In this document: positions 1 through 13,766 of the stretch, piece after piece
Position numbering within the stretch: the stretch's first letter is position 1
How the letters are laid out: the number at the start of each line of letters is the position of its first letter
Assembly (NCBI GenBank): GCA_038087875.1
Contig: CM075992.1
Span: 4,900,001-4,964,000, forward strand
Direction of reading: 5' to 3'
Origin: Malacoraja senta
Taxonomy: Eukaryota
DNA: 64,000 nucleotides
Translations under genes and position numbers: made by a program
The notes under the pieces: model-generated
Seen by the model: only the letters and a program-made list of their open reading frames with translations
Databases searched by the model: none
What the model was told of the DNA's origin: nothing

Positions 1-1136
1 ATAGTCTCTTGTGTCACTACTCTTTGAATTAGCCTACAATCAATAGGCTGCAAAGCATGTTTGGGTTAGTATAGAGATACAGTGTGGAAACAGGCCCTTC
101 GGCCCACCGAATCTGCGTTGACCAGCGATCACCCTGTACATTGGCACTATCCTACACTCTGGGGGCAATTTACAATTTTACCAAGCCAATTAACCTACAT
201 ACCTGCACGTCTTTGGATTGTGGGAAGAAACCAGAGCACCCATAGAAAACCCACACAGGTCACGGGGGAGAAGGTACAAACTCCGTACAGACAGCACCCG
301 TAGTCAGGGTCGAACCCTGGCCTCTGGCGCTGTAAGGCAGCAACTCTACCGCTGTGCCATCGTGCCGCACCAATCCTCTTCCATCATCTGTATCCCTCGT
401 CTATGCTGTTCTGCTCTCTGATTCACTGTTTAGGACATTGAAATATTAGTTTCGTGAGTTCAAAGGCAAAAGTTCCTGGACCTGCTCCTCACATCTCCAC
501 ACAAACCATCTGGACCAATACCAATGCAAACAAGTCCACCTCGAGTAGCTTGGCTTCCTGTTTACACTTGTAATCCTGTGCAAGGCTGCTGAACAATTGA
601 GGGGTTTTCTTAGAGTTTCTTGGAACGGATAATGAATCTCCAGGGCACTAGTGTATAACCCCAAATGAAAATACAAAGCCATTTTAAACAAATTTATTTT
701 GTTTTCTTTAAATTGGTTATAATAACATTGTGCCTGGTAAATGGATCATAACACCAGCAAGTGTTTATTATTCCACTGAACCACATTATTTTACCACTTC
801 AAAGGAGGCCATTTGGCCCTTCAAGTCTTGCCAACTCGCAAGGCAACTTCTCACTAGTTTACCTGCAACCTATTCACCACTAGCTACAACCCCCCCCCCC
901 CCCCCCCCCCCCACCCCACACACAAGATTCTAACGCTCATCAAGGGGCAGTTTACAGAGGCAAATTAACATACCAACCTGCTCATCTCAGGGAGGAAAGC
1001 AGGGCATATGGAGGAAACCCACACTGCGAACGTGAAAACTCCACATCCAAGGTCAGGCTTGAACCCAGGTTGCTGGATCAGTGAGGCAGCAGCTTAGCCA
1101 GCTATACCATTGAGGGCCCATAATAGAGACATAGAG

Positions 1137-1361
1137 CAAGGGTTCCCAGCCTGTGATAACTTTACCCCCAGGGGGTAAATCTCGCCTACCCAGGGGGTAA
1201 ATCTGTTGATTCTGGATTTGTACATATTTTTTCTCATTGACTGACTGTGTTTGGTTCTGGTATATCGGTATCTGTTCATAAATACTGTAAGTGGAATAAC
1301 ATTGTTATGTGCTATTAAAGTTGCCAGGGGCAAACGGGACGTAAAAGGTTGGGCATCCCTG
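1137..1361. mobile_element. hAT MITE, same family as 28664-28870, opposite orientation
   Basis: Shared internal sequence; degenerate 8-bp TSD ACATAGAG/TCATGGAG. Confidence 0.8.
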
Positions 1362-2531
1362 TCATGGAGTCATCCAGTGAGGAAACAGGCCATTTGGCCC
1401 TACTCATCCATGCCGACCGAGGCTTGGATAGATTGGATGTGAAGAGGATGTTTCCACTAGTGGGAGAGTCTAGACTTGAGGTCACAGCCTCAGAATAAAG
1501 GACGTTCCTTTAAGAAGGAGATGAGGAGGAATTACTTTAGTCAGAGGGTGCTGAATCTGTGGAACTCTTTGCAACAGAAGGCTGTGGAGGCCAAGTCAAT
1601 GGATATTTGTAAGACAGAGATAGATAGATTCTTGATTCGTACGGGTGTCAGGGTCCACGAGGAGAAGGCATGAGATTGGGGTTTGGAGGGAGAGATAGAT
1701 CAGCCATGATGGAATGGCGGAGTAGACTTGATGGGCCGAATGGTCTATTCTACCCCTATCTGCTAGTTTCCGCTCCTGTCACTTATGACCTTAAGACAAG
1801 ATGCTCCGTGAGTCCCATTTGGCCCATATTCCTCTAAACTTTTCCTATTCATGTATATGTCCAAATGTTTTTAAAATGTTGTTGATGTGCCTGCCTCAAC
1901 TAGCTGCTCTGACAACCAATTCCATACAACCACCACCCTCTGAGTGACGAAGTTGCCCCTCGGGTTCTTATTAAATCTTTCCCCTCTCACCTTAAACCTA
2001 TGTCCTCTGATTCTTGATTCCCCTACCCTGGATAAAAGACTGTAAGTTCCTTCTATAACGAACCCTATCTATTCGGCTCATGATTTTATACATCTCTATA
2101 AGATCACCCACCCCTGAGTACCTGGAATAAAGTCCGAGCCTGCCCAACTTTTCGCTACAGCTCAGGTCCTTGAGTCCTGGCAACATCCTTGTAAATGTTC
2201 TCTGCACATCGTTCTAGCTTAAAGACATCCTTCCTGCATTAGGGCGACTCAATAAAAGTTTAGTTTCTTGACTCGTAGTCTGAAGAAGTGTCTGGACCCG
2301 AAATGTCACCCATTCCTTCGCTCCCAAGAAGCTGCCTGCCCTGCTGAGTTCCTCCAACGTTTTGTGTCTATCTTCAGTGAAAGAGAAAGTCTTCAAAGGT
2401 CGAGGGCTTACACGACAAGGGGCTAGATACTGTAAACATTTAAAGTGGTCATGGCAGCTTCAAGCATGGCTAACTAACACTGGTGGGGGAATTGATATTT
2501 GGGGAAGTTCAGCAGGAAAGAATTTTAAGAG

Positions 2532-2717
2532 TTAAAGAAGGAACTGCAGATGCTGGAAAATCGAAGGTACACAAAAATGCTGGAGAAACTCAGCGGGTGC
2601 AGCAGCATCTATGGAGCGAAGGAAATAGGCAACGTTTCGGGCCGAAACTTTGGCTATTTCCTTCGCTCCATAGATGCTGCTGCACCCGCTGAGTTTCTCC
2701 AGCATTTTTGTGTACCT
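2532..2717. mobile_element. Fold-back Penelope-derived short element
   Basis: Perfect 64-bp inverted arms 2565-2628 and 2654-2717; 14-bp direct repeat AAGAATTTTAAGAG at 2518-31 and 2718-31. Confidence 0.8.
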
Positions 2718-4932
2718 AAGAATTTTAAGAGCTCTGATATAGTCAAGTATCAAGTGTATTTAATTTTCAAAATGTAGAATCTCGGAATTGTAGGTGCTGG
2801 TTAATATACAAAAGGATGCAAAGTGCTGGAGTTTCTACCCGAAGTGTCATCTATCCATATTCTCCAGAGATGTTGCCTAGTCTGCTGAGTTGCTCCAGCA
2901 CTTGGTGTCCTTTGTTTTTCATTGCCATATGTGCATATTTTTACAAGCAGCAGAATAACAGGCCTGTAAACACAATTATAGGCAATAGACAATAGGTGCA
3001 GGAGTAGGCCATTCGGCCCTTCGAGTCAGCACCGCCATTTAATGTGATCAGGGCTGATCATCCCCAAACAGTACCCCGTTCCTGCCTTCTCCCCATATCC
3101 CCTGACCGCTATCTCAAAGAGCCCTATCTAGCTCTCTCTTGAAAGTATCCAGAGAACCAGCCTCCACCGCCCTCTGAGGCAGAGAATTCCACAGACTCAC
3201 AACTCTCTTTGAGAAAAAGTGTTTCCTCATCTCCGTTCTAAATGGCTTACTCCTTATTCTTAAACTGTGGCCCCTGGTTCTGGAAACTGTGGCCCCTGGT
3301 TCTGGAACTGTGGCCCCTGGTTCTGGACTCGTAGTCCGAGGAAGTGTTATTAGATATTTGGATTTAATAACAACAGGACTACAGACAAACTTCAAGAATT
3401 TTATAATCCAACACTGCTAAACCAGGAACCATATTTGGTTGGCAAACACAGTCACATGATACAAATTAGGACACAGGGCAACAGTCCTATCTGTTGATCT
3501 TTAATTTTTTAAGCCCTGTAGTTTGTACGTGCAGGTTGGCAGCTTTGATAAAGCTCGGTAGGGTTCGAGAATAAATATATATTTTGTTGCTGATCCATAT
3601 CAAGCCACTCCCTACACCCACACGACTGAATTAGCATTAGTCCAGTAGGTTGTAAAAACTCTCTGATTGCCTGGGACTTTCAGCGCACGTATAGTTTTAC
3701 ACGCATGTCAATACTCCAGTTGAGCACCTGCCACCCAGACTCTTCCGACCAGGGTTCAGGGTTAACGACAGTCTTCCTATTGTTTGTGGAATCACAATGT
3801 GACCCTGGTACTCAATGTGTAGTTTAGTTTAGTGAAACAGTCGGGATCGAACCCGGGTCTCCGACGCTGTAAGGCAGCAATGTGTGGCCTTTAGTTTTTT
3901 TTTAGTTTTAGTTTAGTTTAGAGATACAGCGTGGAAACAGACCCTTCAGCCCACCGAGTCCACATCGACCAGTGATCCCCACACTATAACACGATCCTAC
4001 GCACACTAGGGACAATTTACACTTAGAACCAAGCCAAATAACCTACAAACCTGTACGTCTCTGGAACTCTCTGCCACAGAAGGTAGTTGAGGCCAGTTCA
4101 TTGGCTATATTTAAGAGGGAGTTAGATGTGGCCCTTGTGGCTAAAGGGATCAGGGGGTATGGAGAGAAGGCAGGTACAGGATACTGAGTTGGATGATCAG
4201 CCATGATCATATTGAATGGAGGTGCAGGCTCGAAGGGCCGAATGGCCTACTCCTGCACCTATTTTCTATGTTTCTATGTTTCTATGTCTTTGGAGTGTGG
4301 GAGGAAATCGAAGATCTCGGAGAAAACCCACGCAGTCAAAGGAGAACGTACAAACTCCGTACAGACAGCAGCTGTAGTCGGGATCGAACCCGGGTCTCTG
4401 GTGCTGCAAGTGCTGTGAGGCAGCAACTCTACCGCTGTGCCACCGATCCACCCGTTCTCCTGCACCATTCAGTCTCAGTCAAGAAAATGAAGTTGTGCCA
4501 ACTCAGGGACACAAAATGACCGGCACTTCAGCCCACCGAGTAAATGCTGACCATCCATCATCCAATCACACTAGTTCTATGTTATCCCACTTTCTCATCC
4601 ATCCCCAAGAGTAATCATAAAACAGTCACTAATAACCTCAAGAGACTGTCTAAGGGTGGAACCTTTACCCAACAGTGTGAGGAGAATGTAGGACCTGCTA
4701 CTTTAAGAATACAAATCTAATCAGGGGAAATCAAAGGTATAGCAGCTCTCTGAGATGTGCAATTCACTTCCTGTTCCTTATCATTTGGCTTCCCCTTGAT
4801 TGAATTTTAAATTCTTAAAGTGGCAAGTCCTGCATTCTTCTCACACTGTTAAGTAAAGGCACCACCCTTGGACTGTCTCTTGACGTTATTAGTGACTGTT
4901 TTAAGATTACTGCAGAGCTTCCTTCACAAATA

Positions 4933-5240
4933 GCACGGTGGCGCAGCGGTAGAGTTGCTGCCTTACAGCGCCAGGTTCGATCCTGGCTGCGGGTGCTGTC
5001 TGTACAGAGGTTGTATGTTCCCCACGTGACCAGCATAGCTTTTCTCCAGGTGCTCTAGTTTCCTCCCACACTCCTTAGAAGAACAGGTTTGTAGGCTAAT
5101 TGGCTTGGTAAAATTTGTAAATTGTCCCTAGTGTGTGCAGAATAGTGTTAGTGTGCGGGGATCGCTGGTTGGCGTGGACTTGGTGCGCCAAATGGCCTTT
5201 TTCTGCGTTGTATCTCTAAACTAAACTAAACCAAACTAAA
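4933..5240 (+). mobile_element. tRNA-derived V-domain SINE (HE1-like)
   Basis: TGGCGCAGCGG A-box, GGTTCGATCC B-box, V-core and (CTAAA)n tail. Confidence 0.85.
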
Positions 5241-5885
5241 TCGGTATATCTGTGCTGATTGGATCAATCCATTAAATCAAAAGGCTGGTTAGTTAATTAA
5301 CTGGGAATGAGTCAGAACAATCGTAATATGCTTAAGATTTTAATCATAAAACTGTCAGTTTTCCCCTTGCCAAGTCTATACATAACTATCTTACAGAAAA
5401 CATTTACTCTGGATGATTGTGTGAAATGCATAATTCAGCAGGGAATACATTAGATATAAAGAATATGTAAAGGGAGGAGAGGCACAAAACGGTGGAGTAA
5501 CACAACGGGTCAGGCAGCATCTCTGGAGAAAAGGAATAGGTGCCGATTCGGGTCGAGACCCTTCTTCAGTGCATGCCTTGTTCCGTCACACCACAATGTG
5601 TATATCAATATGATGGTATGATCAGGCTGTGCTAAGATGAAATGGAGGGATAGTGTTATTGAGTCATTCAGCACAGAAACAGGCCCTTTGGCCCCACTAG
5701 TCCATGCTGTACAAGTTTGGGTTGGTTTATTTATTGTCACGTGTACAGAGTTGAAGTGAAATGCTTGTTCTACATGCTATCCAGTCAACTCACACCATGC
5801 CACATTCCAGTGCAATCTTGCAAACAGGCCCTTTCGACCCACAGAGTCTGCACCGACTTGCGATCCCCGCACATTAACACTATCC

Positions 5886-6085
5886 NNNNNNNNNNNNNNN
5901 NNNNNNNNNNNNNNNNNNNNNNNNNNNNNNNNNNNNNNNNNNNNNNNNNNNNNNNNNNNNNNNNNNNNNNNNNNNNNNNNNNNNNNNNNNNNNNNNNNNN
6001 NNNNNNNNNNNNNNNNNNNNNNNNNNNNNNNNNNNNNNNNNNNNNNNNNNNNNNNNNNNNNNNNNNNNNNNNNNNNNNNNNNNNN
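5886..6085. other. Assembly gap (200 N)
   Basis: Run of N. Confidence 1.
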
Positions 6086-8519
6086 GGGTGAGGGAGAAGG
6101 GAATGGGAGCTACACTAACATAGACTCCCGAAACCATAAATGCCAGCATGAAGGGGTTGGGCTGAATGGCCTTTTAGGGTATCCTAGGTAGCACTATGCA
6201 GGCTGGATGATTAATTATCTGTTCTTTGAAAGAGTTGGAAGGGACGTGGCTTAACCAAAGATTTCGACCCGTCTCTGGTTCCTGTCTGGGCTCACAGAAT
6301 CTCAAGGGAAAGTCGGGATAACATCCAGCTGGGATGCGGAGAGACTTCCTTTCCCTGAATCTTCGCCAGCTCTCTTGGGGGTTGGAAGCATATCCATCGG
6401 AATTGATCCTGGTGTCCACTCCCCCCTCTGTTGTCATTGTGTGGCCTTCTCACACTTGCAATCTGCACTTGCATGAGGAATGTTTTTCTCCCCCCACTCC
6501 TGACCAGAGAGCTCCACTCTATGATCTTTGCTCCTGACTCTCAGTCTGAACAAGGGTCTCGACCCGAAATGTCACCCATTGCTTCTCTCCCGAGATGCTG
6601 CCTGTCCCGCTGAGTTACTCCAGCATTTTGTGTCTTATCTTGCATGAGGAATAATGGTGTGAGTAAGATACTGAAGCAAGCAACCCAATGCCCAGAAAGA
6701 AGTTAACTCCACAAAGGAGAGGGGAAGGGGCAATGATTGGATCGACCAAGGAAACAGCGGGCACAGTTCAAGTTGAAGCTAGACACAACATGCTGCAGTA
6801 ACTCAGTGAGTCAGGCAGCATCTCTGGAGAAAAAGAATAGGTGATGTTTCGGGTCGGAACCCTTTCTCAGACTGAAAGTTGAGGTGGGGGTGGGGGAATA
6901 AACTGGAGATGAGATAAGGCCAGAACAAATCAGGACATCCAAAGTGCTTGTAGGTTTTCTTTCTATAGGGTTCAGAAGAATACATGAATCATTGCTACCC
7001 CAGAGACCACGAGGCTTGTGTCAGTTTGAGGTCTTGACCTTCAAGCACTCTGTTCCTCCGATGTCCAAAAGCAGTGCTGGTGTGTACTGCAGGCACTGGT
7101 GGATATAATCATTGATGCCTGTCTTTGAGTGGTGGCTCCCATGATATGAGAAGTGGTCCATATTGTCCAAGGTCTCGTCATGTCAGTGGGTGGTGTTGTG
7201 AGGGATAGGTTGGTAGAGGACCTAGTTTCATGGATATTAATCTCTTCTGTGTTTCAATGATCTGGAGCTCAGCCTTCGAACATGCCTGCCTGCAAACGTC
7301 ATGGTGCTCTGCAGCTCGATGTTCAAAGCTAGGGTGACATTGGTTCTGGAGTGGAGGCAAGAGAGTTTGAACAGCTTCCCGTTTGTGCTGTGTGAGCAGG
7401 AACTGCAGATGAAATGTGTACAATGGTTAAACCAGCATCTGCAGACCCTTCTTCAGACTGCAGATGCAGGTTTAAACTGAAAATAGACACAAAATGCTGG
7501 AGTAACTCAGCGGGCCAGGTAGCATCTCTGGATAGAAGGAATGGGTGAGGTTCTGGGTTAATACCCTTCTTCAGACTGAAGTCTGGGGAGAGGGAGATAG
7601 AGATAAGAAAGTTTAAGGTGTGAAAACAAGACAAAGTGGGGTGGAGTTCAAGGAACATGTAGAATAGATCATTGTTAGCTGGGCGAAGGTAACAACAAAG
7701 TAACAGATAAAATGTAATCAGAGACAGTCAGACTGTTCGGTTGTCCTATTGATTGATTGAACCTTTTCACGCAAAATGTGGTGGGTGTATGGAACGAGCT
7801 GCAGGAGGAGGTAGTTGAGGCAGGGACTATTGCAAAGTTTAAGAAACAATTAAACAGGTACATGGATGGAACAGGTTTAGAGGGATTATGGGCCCAACGC
7901 AGACAGGTGAGACTAGTGTAGATGGGACGGTGTGAGCAAGTTGGGCTAAAGCGCCTCTTTACATGTTGTATGACTCTATGATTAGGTCTACCTTTGTAGG
8001 AACATGCAACCAAAAGGAGTGAGAAAAGCCAAAAGGACTGAGAGAAGTGTGTACAGTATCTATCTTTTGGTTACGATAATGTTCGAATGAAACTATCTAC
8101 CTGATCGATTAAAGTTTTGCAATCAAAGAGAAATGAATACACTGGAGAGAGATGCTAAGTGTTGGAGTAACTCAGAGGGTCTGATGAAGGGTCTCAGTCG
8201 AAACCTCACCTATTCCTCTTCTCCAGAGATGCTGCCTGTCCCGCTGATTTACTCCAGCATTTTGTGTCTATCTTCGGTGTAAACCAGCATCTGCAGTCTC
8301 TTCTTATACAAAGAATGATCAATGTTTGGTTCATCTTCAAAGTAAAATCCTGCAGCTGAATTCATGACATTTTGAAAAAGGTAAAGTTTGAGAAGGATGA
8401 GTCTTAATGGGTTTTTGGATTATTTTAGGATTTCTAGAATAAACAAGGCTATTTTGCATTGTTGAAATCCATTGATAGTGTCATCACCAGCCATAGAAGC
8501 TGTGATTAATGCCCTGAAA

Positions 8520-9158
8520 CACTATTTCGCTGAACACATCCTTTCAGTCCGCCTAAACCTACATGATCTCCCAGTTGCTAAACACTTTAACTCCCCCTCC
8601 CATTCCCATACTGACCTTTATGTCCTGGACCTCCTCCACTATCAGAGTGAGGCCCAATGCAAATTGGAGAAACAGCACCTCATATTTCTCTTGGGCAGCT
8701 TACACCCCTGCGATATGATTTTCGACTTCTCTAACTTGAAGTAACCCTTGCTTTCCCTCTCTCTCCATCCCCCTCCCATCCCAGTTCTCTGACTGAAGAA
8801 GGGTTTCGGCCCGAAACGTTACCTATTTCCTTCGCTCCATAGATGCTGCTGCACCCGCTGAGTTTCTCCAGCATTTTTGTGTACCTTCCAGTTCTCTGAC
8901 TAGTTTGACTGTCCTGATTAGATGTTACTTTGTATGCCTCGTTGTCACCTTCCCTGAGCTAACAATGATCTATTCTACATTCTCCTTGAACTTCAACCCC
9001 TTTGATCTCTCATTTTCACACCTCACCCTTCCATATCTCTTGTTTCTCTCAGTCCGAAGAACGGTCTCAACCCGAAACGTCGCCCATTCCTTCTCTCCAG
9101 AGGTGGTGCCTGAGTTAGTAGTATTGCTGCCTGAGTTACTCCAGCATTGTGTGTCTCT
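8520..9158 (+). mobile_element. Penelope-like 3' fragment with a nested short terminal unit
   Basis: FAEH...[19 protein letters not shown] tail plus 3' UTR. Nested unit 8795-8887 is flanked by duplicated CCAGTTCTCTGACT (8781-94, 8888-8901). Confidence 0.8.
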
Positions 9159-12100
9159 CTTCGCCCTGAAACAGAGGTTCAGTCAAAGTGATCTGAATCG
9201 TAGTCTGTCTTTTTCCTGGCTTTCAGCAGCTGTTTCAGAAAGCTATTGCGTTGCCATGCCACAGGTATCGGTATTGGACACCATTACCTCTTGAACTCAA
9301 AAGGAGCCAGACCACTGTTTATTTTACCTGCAGAAAATGTCCCGGTGCCAGTCGAGGACATTTTCAGCTAGGATTCCTGCTTCTGGTGTTGTCAGGGGGA
9401 TATTTCATTGGCAGGGGGATATTTCATGATCTGGGGACCAGAGACATACATTGTGAGGTGCATTAAATGTAAACACCACTGTAACATAAGAAGCTGGTTT
9501 TCAAGGAGCAAAGTCACAGATGACAATGACATTAATTAGATAACAGATTTTTAGCAAAGAAGGAAATGCATTGACCAGATAATGTGGAGAATTCTGAATC
9601 CAATACCTTCCATCTCATTAGCAAGAATAGGGCGAAGAATCTCTCAAGTATTTGTGGAGCACATGATAGGTCTCGCTGTGGGTTAGATCCCTGACTGAGT
9701 AGTGAATGCTTATTGTTTAGGATTCTGTTTTATGATTAACATTGTAGGCACCATTGCAATTGGATCCCTGGTTGAACCTTCACCTTGGGAGGCAGGAAGG
9801 AAAGTGTATAGGCACACTTGCTCAATTATATTAACACACACGCTTTTGGTCAAGACACTTTACAAGAATGCGTTATTATGTTAAGGAAGGTACTGCAGAC
9901 ACTGGTTTAAACTGACAATAGACACAAAAGCTGGAGTAATTCAGCAGGTCAGAGCGCTTTCAAGAGAGAGCTAGATAGGGCTCTTAAAAATAGCGGAGTC
10001 AGGGGATATGGGGAGAAGGCAGGAACGGGGTACTGATTGGGGATGATCAGCCATGATCACATTGAATGGCTCGAAGGGCCAAATGGCCTGCTCCTGCACC
10101 TATTGCCTATTGTCTATTGTCTATTGACAGCATCTCTGGAGAAAAGGAATAGGTGATGTTTCGGGTCGAGACCTTCTTCACACTGAGAGTTAGGGAAAAG
10201 TGAAACGAGAGATATAGATGGTGATGTAGAGCAAATGAATGAAAGATATGCAAAAAAGTAACGAAGATAAAGGAAACGGGCCATTGTTAGCTGTGGGCTG
10301 GGTGAAAAGGACTTGCAGACAATGAGACTCAACAAGACGACTTTGAAGCTAGGGTGGGGGAGGAATGCAAGGAGAGAGGGATTGCAAGGGTTACTTGAAG
10401 TTAGAGAAATCAATATTCCTACCGCTGGGTTGTAAGCTGTTATGTTCCTAAGACTAAGACTAATAAGAGTTCCTAAGACTAATAAATTTGTAAGAACTAA
10501 GGAATCTGTACATAACATTTATTCACAAGTCATAGGCTTCTTTCCTACGTCAGGAATGTAGGTGATAATTATCACCCAGTTAAACACATTGAATCCTATC
10601 TGCTCTGGATCAAAAACAGAGTTTACAAAAACAGAGACTAGTGACAGGCTACAGAAGCAAAGGTTGGCCATTTGGCCCTTTGATCTTGTACACACCTACA
10701 AGCACCATAATGTGTGCCCCATGAATGCATTCCATCACCATGTACCCCGATCCCTACTTGTCCAAAACGCTATCGATCTATGCTCAGACACTGAACATCC
10801 AGTGCCCTCCAAGATGGATTGTATATCGAAAGGGTAAATTGTGGAATTAAAAAGCAAGATTCATACCACACTTCAACCAAAGGTTAATGGTCACACTAGA
10901 TGAGACACATTACATGGTACATCCTTTATCATTTGATAACATAAAGATTTTCCTAGCGCACTAGGGCAACACAGCTGGTAGAGCCACTGCCTCACAGTGC
11001 CAGAGATCTAAGCTCGATCCTGACCTTGGGTGCTGTCAGTGTGGAGTTTGCATGTTCTCCCTGTGACCACATGGGTTTCGTCCGAGTGCTTTGGTTTCTT
11101 CCCACATCCCACAGACATGCGGGTTTGTGGGTTAATTGGCCTCGGTGAAATTGCCCCTATTGTGTAGGGAGTGGATGAGAAAGTGGAATAACACAGAATT
11201 AGTGTGAAGGAGTGATCGATAGTCGGCATGGACTCGGCAGGCCAAAGACCTGTTTCCATGCTGTATCTTTCAGTCCCTAAGTACATTGCAATCAGTTGAG
11301 CACAAAAATGATGACGTCCGGATGCGATTGAACGAGGTTTTCCTCTGAGACAGCAAAGATAGATAGTAGTTATATAGAAGATAGACACAAAATGCTGGAG
11401 TAACTCAGCGGGACAGGCAGCAACTCTGGATGGGAGGAATGGGTGACATTTCAGGTCAAGAATATGTGTTACGGGTTGCTAATGTGCTGTGGTTTTTATG
11501 TTTATTGTTAAATTCTTTAATGTTATCTCTATTTGTGTGCTGCAATGGCAAGTCAAATTTCACTACACCAATTGGTGTACGTGACAATAAATGTCCTTTG
11601 TCCTTTGGTACAAGGTAGCCTGCCCACTGCAGTACCTCTCAGAAGATACAAAGCATAAATACTTCAGCTGTGAGAAACCCGATGAAAGGACTCAACAGCA
11701 CGAAAAGGCTTCATGTGACAGGAAGCTTTTGCAGACAGAGAGAGTGAATGTCTCAGCTGACTATAACCGAAAAAAAACCCGGTACAAATGTGTAAAGCAT
11801 AATGAAAAAGTGAAAGTGAGGGAAGATTAGCTGAGAAGGTCTCCGATTTAAGAATAAGGAGTAAGCCATTTAGAACGGAGACGAGGAAACACTTTTTCTC
11901 ACAGAGAATGGTGAGTGGAATTCTCTGCCTCAGAGGGTGGTGGAGGCAATTTCTCTGGATGCTTTCAAGAGAGAGCTAGATAGGGCTCTTAAAAATAGCG
12001 GAGTCAGGGGATATTGGGAAAAGGCAGGAAACGGGGGTACTGATTTGGGATGATCAGCCATGATCACATTGAATGGCGGTGCTGGCTCGAAGGGCCAAAT

Positions 12101-13766
12101 GGCCTACTCCTGCACCTATTGTCTATTGTCTATTGATGTGGTAAATGTTACGAAAGATTATAGGAAATGTTAGGAAAGATTACATGGATAGGACAGGTTT
12201 GGAGGGATATGGGCCAGACGCAGGCAGGTGGAATTAATGTAGCTGGGACATGTTGGCCAGTGTGGGCAAGTTGGGCCGAAGGGCCTGTTTCCACGCGGTA
12301 TCACTCTATGACTCTATGAACTTATGGATGCATTGAAAGACAGGTCCTAACTCAAAACATTTGTCAATTTCCCTCCGGGGACACTGTCTGATCTTCTGAG
12401 ATCCTCCAGCAGTTTTTTTTTCACTCTTGTGTGCCTCAAAGATTAAGGACTGTGGACACAGGGTCAGGGTTCAGTAATAGGAGAACCTATAAACAAAAGC
12501 CTGTTCTGGGAAGGTGCATATGGATACAGCCAAATTGTGTTCAACATATATATATATTAACAGAACTGTACAGTACAGGAACACGCCCTTCGATCCACAA
12601 TGTCTGCTTAACATGATGCCAAGATAAACTTATCTGTCTGCACATGATGCATACCCCTCCCTTCCTTGCATGTGTCTATCTAAAAACCTCTTAAATGCCA
12701 CTATCATATCTGCCTCCACTACCGCCCCAGGCAACGTGTTCCAGGCCCCCACCACCCTCTGTTAAAAACCTTGCCCCACGCATCAAGTATATTCTGCTAA
12801 AACCTATAAGCATAAATTCCTAATAATGTTGAGGTAATGCCTGCCAATACTGACAACGGTAATAGATACAGCATAGCAATTCTTTCCAAGCTAAACATTC
12901 CTGACCTTCACAATGAAAAGATTAGTTTTTTCACTGTGCCACTTAGTACAATGTAAAACAACACACAAAAAAAACTGAAATAAATACACGTCAATCTTTT
13001 CCTTCAGATGATCTGTTTAACATTGACATGTTACATTTCGGTTTAATGTAACAGGGAACAGTCTGAAGAAGGGTTTCGACCCGAAACGTTGCCTATTTCC
13101 TTCGCTCCATAGATGCTGCCTCACCCGCTGAGTTGCGCCAGCACTTTTGTCTACCAGGGAACTGCGGATGCTGGTTTATACCATAGACACAAAATGCTGG
13201 AGTAACCCAGCGGTTCAGACAGCATCTCTGGAGAGAAGGAATGGGTGACGTTTCGGGTGGAGACCCTTCTTCACACTGATGATGATCCATTACAGACGAT
13301 AAATACCCCGTAGAACAAATCAATGAAAGGTATGCAAAAAGCACTCAGCAGGTCAGGCAGCATATCTGGAGAAAAGGGACGCTACCCTTCTTCGAATTTT
13401 GTTTTAATTGCCATTCATATGTATCTGAATTTTCAATGTGTAGGAAGGAACTGCAGATGCTGGTTTAAACCGAGAGACACAAAATGCAGGAGTAACTAAG
13501 CAGTTCAAAAAACATCTCTGAAGAGAAGCAATGGGTGACGTTTCGGGGTCAAGACCCTTCTTCAGACTCAATAACAATTGAATTTTCAATTATTTATTTC
13601 GGATCTTTTGATATATTTCCTTACAATTGGAAATTAATGCTGACATATGTTTCTGGTCTGATGTGGCAAAATGTGATGACGGTGTGAAGGCTGGTTGACA
13701 TTCGTTTCCTGCCCTACCTTGAGATTGTGTAAAAGCTTTAGACTTGTTTGGTAGTTACAGGGTGTG

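Noticed and set aside
5717..6149. ORFs spanning X runs
   Set aside because: Artefacts of the 200-N gap.
6174..6537. Short ORFs in apparently unique sequence next to the gap
   Set aside because: No recognisable domain and no convincing splice-site pair; no bZIP/jun similarity.
9328..9430. Minus-strand exon-like segment (CCCCAG acceptor, CAG|GTAAAA donor)
   Set aside because: Stop codons in all three frames and no recognisable protein; at most a non-coding exon, which cannot be supported without RNA data.
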